This document shows positions 1 through 10,051 of a DNA stretch of 64,000 bases, piece after piece. The notes beneath the pieces are model-generated. The model saw nothing but the letters and a program-made list of their open reading frames with translations. It was not told where the DNA came from and made no database searches. A program made the position numbers and the translations under genes. The stretch spans positions 160,001 through 224,000 of the forward strand of contig OZ250173.1 of assembly GCA_965238075.1 (NCBI GenBank), read 5' to 3'. This stretch comes from Candidatus Entotheonellaceae bacterium. Its GTDB lineage: Bacteria; Tectomicrobia; Entotheonellia; Entotheonellales; Entotheonellaceae. Numbering within the stretch: position 1 is the stretch's first letter; the number at the start of each line of letters is the position of its first letter.

Positions 1-1
1 G

Positions 2-994
2 TTGAGGCGGATTGAAGATCAATGTATTCGAGAGGTGGTTGCCAAGCAGGAAGCCATTGGCCTGCAAGCCGTGACGGACGGCGAATTCAGGCGCTCCTGG
101 TGGCACTTTGACTATCTTGCCGGGCTGGCTGGCGTTGAACTGGCCGAGAGTGAGCAAGGCATTCAGTTTCACGGCGTGCAGACAAAATCGGAAAGGATTG
201 TCGTAACCGGTAGGGTGGGCTTCGACCAGCACGTCATGCTGGAACACTTTCGTTTTCTCCGTGGGGTTGCCGGCGTGACGGCAAAGATGACTATTCCCTC
301 GCCCTCGGTCCTGCACTTTCGGGGCGGCAGGGCCTCCATCAGCAAGGACGTTTATCCCAGCATGGACACATTCTTTGCGGATACGGCAGAGGCTTATCAT
401 CAGGCCGTGCAGGCGTTTTATGCTGCGGGATGCCGTTATCTGCAGTTCGACGACACCGTGTGGGCTTATCTCTGTTCTGCAAAGGAACAGCAGGCCGCGC
501 GCGACCGCGGCGACGACCCGGCCCCGCTGCCGCGCATTTATGCCGACATGATCAATCATGCCCTGAGAGACAAGCCGCAGGACATGGTTGTGACCACCCA
601 CGTCTGCCGCGGGAATTTCCGTTCAAGCTGGATAGCGGAAGGCGGCTATGAACCGGTTGCGGAGATCCTACTGGGAGAAACCGCGTACGACGGCTATTTT
701 CTGGAATACGATACCGAGCGCGCCGGCGGATTTGAACCGCTGCGCTTCCTGCCCAGGGGCGATAAACGGGTTGTGTTGGGATTGGTGACGTCCAAGTCCG
801 GCGAGTTGGAAGACAAGGACGCCATCAAGCGTCGTATTGACGAAGCCGCCCGGTTTGCCGATGTGGACCAATTCTGTCTCAGCCCACAGTGCGGTTTTGC
901 TTCCACCGAGGAGGGCAACATCCTGACCGAAGACCAGCAGTGGCAAAAGTTGGGAATGATTGTTGAATTAGCTGGAGAAGTCTGGAACAGCTAG
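2..994 (+). CDS. Cobalamin-independent methionine synthase II family protein (MetE C-terminal-like/YxjH type), 5'-truncated by the window edge
   Basis: Motifs TDGEFRR, H-V-C-RGN (Zn ligands), LEYD and LSPQCGFAS. Confidence 0.9.
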   Translation: MRRIEDQCIREVVAKQEAIGLQAVTDGEFRRSWWHFDYLAGLAGVELAESEQGIQFHGVQTKSERIVVTGRVGFDQHVMLEHFRFLRGVAGVTAKMTIPSPSVLHFRGGRASISKDVYPSMDTFFADTAEAYHQAVQAFYAAGCRYLQFDDTVWAYLCSAKEQQAARDRGDDPAPLPRIYADMINHALRDKPQDMVVTTHVCRGNFRSSWIAEGGYEPVAEILLGETAYDGYFLEYDTERAGGFEPLRFLPRGDKRVVLGLVTSKSGELEDKDAIKRRIDEAARFADVDQFCLSPQCGFASTEEGNILTEDQQWQKLGMIVELAGEVWNS

Positions 995-1557
995 GGGAGT
1001 GCCAAAAGCTGTGGGGCATACCGGATTCGTGCGGATATACGGCGACATGGTCCACAAAACGCCAACCGACACCGCTATGGCGAGCGGCCGTCTCCACTGG
1101 GGCCGCGGAGAGGATTATCGACAAGCGGTTTGCAAGCGTCGGCAGATTCGATCGTGAAAGCCCGGTGCCCAACTCGTGCTACACACCTGGGCACGAGTCC
1201 TCGACGGGACGCTGGGCATCTCGCGGCCGAGGTTCTATCGTTATCTCGCTTTGCCCGATGTGGCCGGGCAAGATCAGATGCAAGCGCCTTAGCGTAACTT
1301 TTCGTTCCAATGATTGTCACGGACCGAAACGTTGAAAGGCCGATCATGCCCCGTTCGAAGGTGAACTCCTCACCCGCTTTGGATGGACCGTCACTGACAG
1401 GTGTTTCCAAAAACTCGAGTACTCGATCAGTTCCTACCCTATCCTGCACCCGGCCAGACCGAAATGGCGACGCGGTTGTGAGTCCTTATTGAAGTTAACT
1501 GATCGGCTGGTGGCATAACGTTGGCGCCGACACGCAATGTACCATCAAGATCGGAAC

Positions 1558-1790
1558 TTAGACTGCATGGAGAGGACGTTGTAGAGGAAGTTTTGGCAAT
1601 TCATCGGGCCTTGAAAGAACGATGCGGGCACCGCCTGTCTTGTCATAGGTCGCGCTGCCGTCCGCCAAAATATACTTTATGTTTTTCTCACAACGAAAGC
1701 CGACCCATATCTCACGAAGTGTCATTCGGTCATTGAAGGGGAGCAAATACAATCCGGCATCCGGGTCTGGCTCATCGAGAAGCAGTTTTG
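1558..1790 (-). pseudogene. Gene relic resembling the C-terminus of DUF2971-family proteins
   Basis: Reads LDEPDPDAGLYLLPFNDRMTLREIWVGFRC; no N-terminal part; AT-richer than flanks; family recognised from memory only. Confidence 0.3.
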
Positions 1791-1947
1791 CAACTCAGCT
1801 TGCTATCTGGCTTCCTTCTGGTATGTAATCAATACCCCGATGTGTACACTGCTATCCAGGATGGGAATCGAAGGGGCGAGCTGGAACTCGAATTACGGTC
1901 ATGTCGCACGCGGGTGCCGCATGGCCCCTGTATGGAGGAATCATCAG

Positions 1948-3336
1948 ATGCCAGTCCAGACGTTTGAACCGATGACCAAAGATTTTGCGACATTTGACTG
2001 CGATGCCCATGTGACGGAACCCGCCCGTATTTGGGAACGGGCACCCGAACATTTAACTCGGGACGAACTGCAGGCCCTCCAAGCGACGATTTGGTGGGAC
2101 ACAGAGACGCAGCAGCTCATCGTCAATGGAAGAGCGGGCGCGGGCATTGGCTCCCAGAGTCGCGGCGGCATTCCCGGCACCATGCGGGTGATTACGAACG
2201 CGGGACCCGGGGTTAAACACGACATTCAGCGCGCCCTCAATGTGCGCAATCTCAACCCCGAGACGGCGCTCACCCAGGAGCAAGTTGCGTACCTGGATCA
2301 CCCTGGCTCCTACGAGCCCAAGCCACGTCTGGGCGATATGGACGTACAGGGAATTGACCAGGTAATGATCATTCCCACCGATATCGATACCTACCCGTGG
2401 TTGCAGAACGCTGTGGGTGCCAAGGCGTTTTGCAAGGCCTACAACGAGTGGGCCTACGAGTACACCCTGGCTGATCCGGAGCGGCTCTTCTTTGCCGCCA
2501 TGCTGCCCATGCAGAATCCCAAATATGCGGCAGATGAGGTCTACCGTGTGGCTGAGCAAGGATGCCGCGTGGCTCTGGTGCGCCCCATGGACGCCATGGG
2601 CAATTACCCCTTGCAACCCAAATACGAGCCTGTCTGGCAGGCGATGGCCGATACAGGCGTGGTCTACGGCATGCACCCGTTCCCGGCCAGTGGCAACCTC
2701 AAGCCGTCGGGTTATGCCGAACAGTATTCCAGCGCCGAGTTGATTCGGAGAACCGTATCGACGTCAGGGCTCCCGCACTCGCTGCTGTCCAACGTGCAGA
2801 ATTTTCAGGCCGAGGCTTCTCTCTGGGTAACCCTGGTGCTGATGTCCGGTTTTTTCGAGCGCTATCCCACGATCAACGCCGCGGTGTTTGAAGCCTCCTC
2901 CACGTGGCTGAGCTTCCTGCTCGACGAGTGTGACAAGGCCTATAAACTCTATCGCAACGAGCGCCAACTGCCGCCCCTCAAACGCTTACCTAGCGAGACC
3001 TTTTTTCAGCACTGCATCACCGGCTTTGAGGGCGATGAAGCGCCCCCGTCACGCTTTCCCGAATTTTACCGGGATATCCTGGCCTGGTCCTCAGATGTCT
3101 ACCACCACGACGGCGATGACGCTTGGCGGGCCATTGAGATGATGCAGCAGTGCAACCTGTCGGTCGATGACCAGGCTCAGTTCCTGGGGGCAAACGCTCG
3201 CCGCCTGTACAAGATTGAGCCGCCCAAGAACATCATCCGCGAGCGGGTTTGCGAAATTCAACGGCCCGATTGGTGGCCGACTGAGGCGGAGATCGAAGCG
3301 TCCCTTGCACCGGAAGCCTCTGTGACCCATCGCTAG
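1948..3336 (+). CDS. Amidohydrolase_2 family metal-dependent hydrolase/decarboxylase
   Basis: N-terminal DCDAH, MHP and SSDVYHHD motifs; GGAGGA RBS before ATG 1948 (ORF-track start 1840 is too early). Confidence 0.88.
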   Translation: MPVQTFEPMTKDFATFDCDAHVTEPARIWERAPEHLTRDELQALQATIWWDTETQQLIVNGRAGAGIGSQSRGGIPGTMRVITNAGPGVKHDIQRALNVRNLNPETALTQEQVAYLDHPGSYEPKPRLGDMDVQGIDQVMIIPTDIDTYPWLQNAVGAKAFCKAYNEWAYEYTLADPERLFFAAMLPMQNPKYAADEVYRVAEQGCRVALVRPMDAMGNYPLQPKYEPVWQAMADTGVVYGMHPFPASGNLKPSGYAEQYSSAELIRRTVSTSGLPHSLLSNVQNFQAEASLWVTLVLMSGFFERYPTINAAVFEASSTWLSFLLDECDKAYKLYRNERQLPPLKRLPSETFFQHCITGFEGDEAPPSRFPEFYRDILAWSSDVYHHDGDDAWRAIEMMQQCNLSVDDQAQFLGANARRLYKIEPPKNIIRERVCEIQRPDWWPTEAEIEASLAPEASVTHR

Positions 3337-3350
3337 ATCGGAGAGACCTG

Positions 3351-4652
3351 ATGACCCGACAAAAAAACTTTGCGGTCTTCGACGGCGATGCCCACGTGGT
3401 GGAGCCGCGAACGGTATGGGAGCAGTACCTCGATTCCGAGTACCGGGTGTTCGGCAAACACGCCTTATGGCGGGAGGATGGCAAGACCAATGCCTACCTC
3501 AAAATCAACGGTGAGATCCATCGGGATACGACAAACATCAACCTGCCTCGGCACGCTCTCTGGCGGCCCGGCATGACCTGGGAATCGGTTGGCGAGCTGG
3601 ACCCCGATGTCCGCCACGCCATGAACGAGGGCGCCTGGGAGCCTCAGGCCCGGCTGCGAGACATGGATGCCATGGGCGTGGACCAGACCCTGCTCTACCC
3701 CACGTGGTTTGCCGAAGGGTTTCACCTGGTGCATGACCCCGACGTTGCCTATGCGCTGGCCCGAGCCTATAACCATTGGATTGCCGATTTCTGCCGGGCG
3801 GCCCCGGAGCGTCTCTTTGCCGTGGCCATGGTGCCGTTGCAGAACATGGATTTCGCCCTTGAGGAACTTCAGCGGGTCGCTGAAATACCCTGCTTCCGCG
3901 GCGCGTTTATCCGGCCGATGTTTATCGAGGATCGCTACTTCACCCATCCCTACTACGACACCCTGTGGGCGGAACTGGAGCGCCTGGGACTGACGGCTGC
4001 CGTGCACCCGACGCCGGGCTTGTGGAACCCGGAGTGGACGTCCCATGGCCCGTATTTTGAAAAAATACGTGACCGGCTGCACCAGCCCTCGCGCCTTACC
4101 GGGGGCGGCGGACCGTATTCGGGCGGCGGCAATGGGATACACGGGACCAGTTTTTTCACTGCCGCGACACCCCTCGGCCATCCGGTGGCGCCGATTCTAT
4201 CCGGCTGGTTGGACAACCATCTATTCGTTGCCTCGGTCCTGATTGGATTTACCGTGATGGAGCGCTATCCCGAACTGCGATTTGTGGTGGCGCACGGCAA
4301 AGCGTCCTGGATGGAGGAAGTGCTGGAGAAAATGGAGGCTTCGACAAAAGTCATTCCCCTGTTACACACCTATCCGGTGCACACGGAGCCAGAGGAGCTG
4401 TGGACAGAGGGTCGGGTCATGTTGGGGTTTGATGCCGAGGAGCGGCTGATTCAAAAACTGCCCGAAGACTTTGCGGCAAAGGTCGTCTGGGGCTCGCATT
4501 ATCCCCACCACGACACCACCAGTGCCTGGGATGCCATGGACAAGCTTACCCAAGCCAACGTGCCGGACTCCCTGATTGCCCGTATGATGGGAGGGAATGC
4601 CGCCCAGCAATTTGGCATTGAGCTCATACAGACGGTGAGTGTTCAGGCTTAA
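3351..4652 (+). CDS. Amidohydrolase_2 family protein (paralogous partner of the upstream gene)
   Basis: DGDAHVVEP, RLRDMDAMGVD, AVHP, WGSHYPHHD; 14 bp downstream of the first gene. Confidence 0.88.
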   Translation: MTRQKNFAVFDGDAHVVEPRTVWEQYLDSEYRVFGKHALWREDGKTNAYLKINGEIHRDTTNINLPRHALWRPGMTWESVGELDPDVRHAMNEGAWEPQARLRDMDAMGVDQTLLYPTWFAEGFHLVHDPDVAYALARAYNHWIADFCRAAPERLFAVAMVPLQNMDFALEELQRVAEIPCFRGAFIRPMFIEDRYFTHPYYDTLWAELERLGLTAAVHPTPGLWNPEWTSHGPYFEKIRDRLHQPSRLTGGGGPYSGGGNGIHGTSFFTAATPLGHPVAPILSGWLDNHLFVASVLIGFTVMERYPELRFVVAHGKASWMEEVLEKMEASTKVIPLLHTYPVHTEPEELWTEGRVMLGFDAEERLIQKLPEDFAAKVVWGSHYPHHDTTSAWDAMDKLTQANVPDSLIARMMGGNAAQQFGIELIQTVSVQA

Positions 4653-4669
4653 CGCCCCAAGGCAATGGA

Positions 4670-4826
4670 TAGAGCATTTTGGTTCTGATTGAATCGCTCA
4701 ATGCTCCAAGGCGGTCATTCCGGGCTTGACCCGGAATCCAGCGGCCCCCGAAAACCTCTGGACTCCGGCTTTCGCCGGAGTGACATGGACTTAATGTCAA
4801 GCCATTATGATCCGAAAGTGGTCTAG
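4670..4826 (+). repeat. ~157-bp miniature inverted-repeat element containing a REP-like palindrome pair (copy 1)
   Basis: Ends TAGAGCATTTT...AAAGTGGTCTAG; internal GTCATTCCGGGCTTGACCCGGAATCCAG and CTGGACTCCGGCTTTCGCCGGAGTGAC; near-identical to 6255-6413 (-) and 22416-22574 (+). Confidence 0.92.
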
Positions 4827-5113
4827 TCGTTCCCCCGTAAGCGTCGGCGCGAACAGGACCTCCCTCCGCGCTGCGCGTGGCATCCGGGTGAGGCAGCCCT
4901 GCAACTCTATCTTTACCACCTTCTGCAGCCTCGCAAACAGGTCCCGCACTGGAGCATGCGGTAGCGCTGAACCCGCAAGCCCAGTGTCCCAATCGGGGGC
5001 GGCGGCTCGTCCAGCACCGGACAGAGTACCTGTTTCTTACGCGTTCCCTGACACCGTTTCTTCCCTTCCTCGACCGCGATGTGGCGCGACACCGGGGCGT
5101 GTGGACCTCGGAT

Positions 5114-5878
5114 TCAGCCGATTACCCGTTCCACCGGCACACCCCGGACGTCCATTTCAAAAGCCAATCCTTCGACCGGCGGTCGGGCGTAAGTCCAGGT
5201 GACACCGTCCGGTGCCGCACCGCGGCGGACGACCTCGTCGGCGAGAAAACCATGGATATCGTGGACCGTGTAGACTTGGCTCGTGGTGGCGTCCGCCCAC
5301 GTCAAGCCGAGCGCCGCCATGCGGAGCTTCAACGCTCCGAGGACGTATTGCGCCTTTTCTCGCATCGCATCGGGTGCAGTGTCCCCGAGGCGGATGATCC
5401 GGTCCGCATATCCTCCTGGTCCTTCGGGCGCTTCGCCGGAGCCCGAGATGACGAAGCTCTTCACCCCCGCCGTGTCGCTCGCCTCTGCCGGCATGGTGTA
5501 CGAGAACGCATGAAAGCAGGGTGCGATCGGAGGATCGACCTCGGGACATACGTTTGACCGCGCAACGGGATTCTCCTCGTCCTTGAAAATGCCCCAGCGT
5601 TCGAGGGTGCGCACATAGACCCGATTGAAGGCAGCGAAGCCTTCTTCCGTAAACTGGCCGGGCGAGCGCAGTTCGCAAGCGCAGAACGCGGTGGACGGTC
5701 GTCCGAGAGCGGCGAGATGCGTCTCGATCCGACGGAATCCTTGGTCAAGCGGCACGGATCGTGCGAATCGGGCACGTTCGATGACATATCCCTGCTCCGC
5801 TGAGACGCCCCCCGAGTACTTGAACTGCCCCCGCACGTAGCGATACCCGCCGGGTTCGAAAACTGCTGTTTCCGCCAT
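5114..5878 (-). CDS. cnbZ: 2-amino-5-chloromuconate deaminase CnbZ-like protein
   Basis: GGYRY...YSGGV, FCACELRSP, NPVARSNVCP, SFVISGSGE, ARPPV..L.FEMD pattern; GGAGA RBS. Confidence 0.75.
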   Translation of the reverse strand: MAETAVFEPGGYRYVRGQFKYSGGVSAEQGYVIERARFARSVPLDQGFRRIETHLAALGRPSTAFCACELRSPGQFTEEGFAAFNRVYVRTLERWGIFKDEENPVARSNVCPEVDPPIAPCFHAFSYTMPAEASDTAGVKSFVISGSGEAPEGPGGYADRIIRLGDTAPDAMREKAQYVLGALKLRMAALGLTWADATTSQVYTVHDIHGFLADEVVRRGAAPDGVTWTYARPPVEGLAFEMDVRGVPVERVIG

Positions 5879-6034
5879 ATCACATCTCCGGTAGTTGGAA
5901 TTACAAACTTACGAATTGACTCAGGTCCAGCTCTGTACCTGTAGTCCCTTGAATCTCCCGAAATCACTTGTTGGCGATAGGGGTCAAATCACAGACCATG
6001 TCGTTTCATGGCAAAAATATCCCCTCATCCCCAT

Positions 6035-6137
6035 TTAGTCACGCTCTTTCAAAGATCTTCCACCGGCGCGTTCACACGGTTGAAGACGTGACAGACCAAG
6101 CCGCCATCGTCCGCTCTTTTCCGCTATCCGTTCCCAT
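6035..6137 (-). pseudogene. N-terminal relic of a REP-associated tyrosine transposase (RAYT/Y1 HUH)
   Basis: After a GGAGGAG RBS and ATG 6137, frameshifted reading RKRADDGGLVCHVFNRVNA...KIFE matches the RAYT N-terminal pattern (YHV.NR.N....IF). Confidence 0.6.
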
Positions 6138-6254
6138 AGCCCACGGAATCTCCTCCCCCCAGCAGGAAACGGTTTCTGACACCTTTTCTTCTCCAACTCG
6201 AAGCCGTGGTCAAGGACCTTGGCAAAACGAGGCCGCGGCCTCAAAACTCGCGGA

Positions 6255-6413
6255 CTAGAGCACTTCTGGATCATAATGGCTTGACATTAAGTCCATGTCA
6301 CTCCGGCGAAAGCCGGGGTCCAGGGGTCTTCGGGGGCCGCTGGATTCCGGGTCAAGCCCGGAATGACCGCCTTGGAGCATTGAGCGATTCAATCAGAACC
6401 AAAAATGCTCTGG
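6255..6413 (-). repeat. ~157-bp miniature inverted-repeat element (copy 2, inverted)
   Basis: Reverse complement of copy 1 with few substitutions; plus strand starts CTAGAGCACTTC and ends AAAAATGCTCTGG. Confidence 0.92.
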
Positions 6414-6681
6414 GAGCGTGCCTGGCAGCGGCAGTCCTCGCATCACGCGAGGGAGGTGTTACCGGCGACAGCGGTGATATGTCGAGGGGTGGGATAGCGG
6501 TCGATGCCCTCGAAGACGGGCCGGAGTTGTCGGAGACCGTATTAAGAAGCTATCGATTTATTAAGACCTCGACAAAGAAACGATTGATTCGTAAACATTG
6601 AGTTTAGGAACGGAGCGTTTCTCAGCTGTGACTCCCGGACCGGTCAATATCGCATCACAAGCTCCCTCGGAGAGGAGGTTC

Positions 6682-6846
6682 GGCGCGTTCGTTCCCTACC
6701 CGCTGCCTCCGGCCCTCGCCCGTCTTGCCGCGGCTGGCGTCATGGTTCCGAGCACCGATTGGTTCCTCTACGGCTTCGTTCGCCAGGAAGCGGTCATCAC
6801 CTCGCAGATCGAAGGGACTCAGGCCACGCTCCGCGACGTCCTCTTG
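6682..6846 (+). pseudogene. Fic family protein N-terminal fragment
   Basis: AFVPYPLPP...ALARL...WFLYGFVRQEAVITSQIEGTQATLRDVL is the Fic_N signature; internally deleted and lacking the HPFxDGNGR core. Confidence 0.75.
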
Positions 6847-6857
6847 CCGGAGCCGCG

Positions 6858-7050
6858 AACGACTTCGCCGCCTTGGCAAGGAAGGTGCGGGCCAGCGTGG
6901 CGCCTTCCTCTGCGGGGGGGCGTCCCGGCAGGCCGCACAGGTACGGCAGCAGGTCTTCGAGGCGCACAAATTTGAGAGCCTCGACGAAGAATTTGTAGCG
7001 CCGCCTCAGGGGAGCGAGGTTCGGTTCGAGTGTGGGGAAGAATTCCTAGT
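6858..7050 (-). pseudogene. DDE transposase N-terminal fragment (IS1182/IS5-like)
   Basis: Reads EFFPTLEPNLAPLRRRYKFFVEALKFVRLEDLLPYLCGLPGRPPAEEGATLARTFLAKA; GRP...LAR.F.AKA is typical of these transposases; abuts the Fic fragment. Confidence 0.55.
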
Positions 7051-7392
7051 GTCGTGACCGCTTCGGTGGTCGGCGATAACCAGGATGTCTTGGTCCATGG
7101 TCGACCTTGGGATGACCCCAACGCCCCCACCTTTCCGCGCAAAATGTTCCCGACAACCCCGGAAATATCTTTCTGCGATAAGATACGTTCAAGTAAAAGT
7201 TGTCGAGATCGAGAGGTCATCGCCTCATCAGCAACGAAACGTCACATCACGGATCGGGGGCAGATTGAACGGAAGCCGCTCGAAATCCGGCCGCCTCAGA
7301 AGTTTCGCAAGAGGTTTCGAAGAAGGAAGTCGTGCTAAAATTTTCCCTTCCCTTCCCAATCAACCGACAGATAGAGAAGGAGACCCACAACC

Positions 7393-7946
7393 ATGCCACC
7401 TTTCAACAAATCCGCCATCGCCCTGGCCCTGCTGATCGGAGTGTGTCTTGCTTGGCAGGTTGTGATAGCAGCGATGACGAGAGCTTGCAGCAGGAGGCAA
7501 TTGCGGAAATTGGTCCGACGACGGCGAGCGGAAGCAACGTGACCGGAGAAGCGGTTTTCACACAGGACGGTGACGACATCATGCTCACCGTTGATATCCA
7601 GAACGCATCTCCCGGGCTCCACGCCATTCATATCCATGCAACGGGAGATTGCAGTGCACCTGACGGCACCTCTGCGGGCGGCCATTGGAATCCTACCACT
7701 GAAGAGCACGGAAAATGGGGAGGGGATTCATTCCATCTTGGCGATCTCGGCAACATTCCTGTCGGCAACGATGGCACAGGCTATATTGAGCGGACGACAG
7801 ACCTTTGGGACATGGGCACCGGTTCCGACCGGGATATGGTTGGCAAAGCCATTATCGTCCATGCGGGGGAAGACGATTTCACCTCACAGCCTTCGGGCGC
7901 TGCGGGCGGGCGCATCAGTTGTGGAGTGATTGAACTGGAAGAGTAG
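7393..7946 (+). CDS. sodC: Cu/Zn superoxide dismutase lipoprotein, frameshifted in the signal peptide
   Basis: GLHAIHIH, SAGGHWNP, HLGDLGNI, IVHAGEDD, GAAGGRISCGVI; ATG 7393 with AAGGAG RBS encodes a signal peptide that joins lipobox LAGC only after a shift near 7441-7451. Confidence 0.88.
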
Positions 7947-7954
7947 AGACCCTT

Positions 7955-8162
7955 AGGGGTTGACACCTTAACAACCCACATACGCCCGTTCTCAGCCGAG
8001 TGAAGCCGAGGTCTTGGAAGGCGTCCGCAGCCTCAAGCAGTGGTACAACGACAACGGATACGAATTAAAGGGGAGCGACGGCATAGGCAGCCCACGCCTG
8101 AGTAGGAAATTCCCGTCTCTCGGATAAGGCGGCCTCGGTGCCCGGTCAAGGTGTCAAACCCT
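7955..8162. mobile_element. Putative ~208-bp non-autonomous element (MITE or deleted IS)
   Basis: 18-bp terminal inverted repeats with 2 mismatches: AGGGGTTGACACCTTAAC / GTCAAGGTGTCAAACCCT; single copy in the window. Confidence 0.5.
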
Positions 8163-8736
8163 GCCCGGATCGCTTCAGTGGATTCGTGCCGTTGGCGGCA
8201 CTGATTCCCCGCTCACTTCTTGCCGGAGCGGCGTGCAGTCTGGCCGGCGCCGTGGGTCAAGCGCTTGGAAGTGCCGCTACATGAGCGGCGTCGAAGGGGT
8301 TGCTAAGTGGATTTTCCCGGGAGGCGTTGCGAAGAACGAAGGCGCGGCTAAACAAGAACATCAGTAGTGAGCAAATCAGACGTGAGAACAGAGAGAGGAT
8401 GCACATGCTCTCTGACCTTTTCAACCCTGTCAGGAGAATTGGCACTCTCAATTTGGGGAAGGGAATATCGACATCTTCCATGTCCAAGTGGCTATCACGG
8501 TTGGCCCGACAGCAATTCGCGTGCATTCCGGAGCTCGAGATCCTGTTTGAGTGTTCTGAGACGGCATTTGCCTGACAGGTTGACCTGCCCAGAGGCGTGG
8601 TCATACCTGGGAATACGACGGGGCGTGGCCGCCATGGAACGGCTGCTGCACGGACCCATGAATGCGCGGGCAGCCTATATTCCCGGCATATCCTGGAAAT
8701 CGATGTCGGCGAAGCAACAGAAGGGGAAAACACGCT

Positions 8737-9717
8737 ATGGATCCGGCGGCGCTACACCGAGACGCGATCGTTTTCGACGGGCTGATCGTTGCCAACTGGA
8801 GCCGCGAGGTGTTCGAAGACATGCGCCGCGGCGGCTTGACGGCGGCGAACTGCACATGCTGTATATGGGAAGACTTCGCCGACACGATGAAGAACATCGC
8901 CCGCTGGAACGCTTGGTTCCGGGAGCACGACGACGTCATCCTCAAGGTTCGCACCCCTGCCGACATTGGCCGGGCGAAGGCCGAGGGCAGGACCGGAATC
9001 GTCCTCGGATTCCAGAACGTCTCCGCCTTCGAGGACCAGCTCGGCTACATCCAGCACTTCAAGGACGTCGGCGTTGGCGTCGCCCAGCTGGCCTATAACA
9101 CGCAGAACCTCGTCGCCACCGGGTGCTATGAATCAGAGGACCGGGGGCTGAGCGATTTCGGGCGCGAAGTCGTCGCGGAGATGAATCGGGTGGGCATTTT
9201 GTGCGACCTGAGCCACGTCGGCTCGAAATCATCCAAAGACACGATCCTCGCGTCGGACAAACCCGTCGCCTACACCCATTGCCTGCCGTCGGGGCTCAAG
9301 GCGCATCCGCGCAACAAGTCGGACGAGGAACTGCGGTTCATCGCCGATCACGGTGGCTTCATCGGCGTCACGATGTTCCCCCCGTTCCTGAGGCGTGGCA
9401 TCGAGTCCACGGTGGATGACTACGTGGAGGCCATCGATTACGTGGTCAACGTCGCGGGCGAGGACAGCGTCGGCATCGGCACCGACTTCACCCAGGGCTA
9501 CGGCCGGGAATTCTTCCACTGGATCACCCACGACAAGGGCTACGCCCGGCGGCTCACGGAGTTCGGCGAAATCGTGAACCCGGAAGGCATCCGGACCATC
9601 GGCGAGTTGCCGAGCCTGACCGCCGCGATGGTTCGGCAGGGTTGGCCGGAGGAGCGAATCCGGAAAATTATGGGTGACAACTGGCTGGCACTGCTCGCCC
9701 GGGTCTGGGGCGAGTAG
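8737..9717 (+). CDS. Membrane dipeptidase (peptidase M19) family, similar to those in glycine betaine/dimethylglycine catabolic clusters
   Basis: IVFDGL, LGFQN, QLAYN, CDLSH, YTH, HPRNKSD, GIGTDF. Confidence 0.88.
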   Translation: MDPAALHRDAIVFDGLIVANWSREVFEDMRRGGLTAANCTCCIWEDFADTMKNIARWNAWFREHDDVILKVRTPADIGRAKAEGRTGIVLGFQNVSAFEDQLGYIQHFKDVGVGVAQLAYNTQNLVATGCYESEDRGLSDFGREVVAEMNRVGILCDLSHVGSKSSKDTILASDKPVAYTHCLPSGLKAHPRNKSDEELRFIADHGGFIGVTMFPPFLRRGIESTVDDYVEAIDYVVNVAGEDSVGIGTDFTQGYGREFFHWITHDKGYARRLTEFGEIVNPEGIRTIGELPSLTAAMVRQGWPEERIRKIMGDNWLALLARVWGE

Positions 9718-10051
9718 GCTGGCAAGCCGCACCGGAAGTACCCGGCATGGCGTGGTTGGCCCATCCGTCGGCCGCCAGCAGAATCCCTAAGCCCGACGGA
9801 CCAAGGCGTGGGGCAAGCTGCGTGAGTTGACGATAGATTGCAATGGCTTTCGAGTCTGCTCATGCAATTCTGAAGGAGCCAACGGGCGTCCTGTTCGCAT
9901 CGGTTTCTCCTCTCTGGCAATATGTTTTGAGGAGGAATCTAACTCGCAGAACTGTATGATGCTGGATATTTCAACGACAAGACACTTCCAGTTCCAACTG
10001 TTCCTTGGGTGGATTTGATCGCGCCCTCGTTTGCAGAAAGGAGTCCACGTC

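Noticed and set aside
1075-1449. 124-aa minus-strand ORF in an AT-richer gap
   Set aside because: No RBS or recognisable motif; probably gene debris.
8257-8733. Overlapping ORFs upstream of the dipeptidase
   Set aside because: No recognisable domain or codon bias; treated as intergenic or debris.
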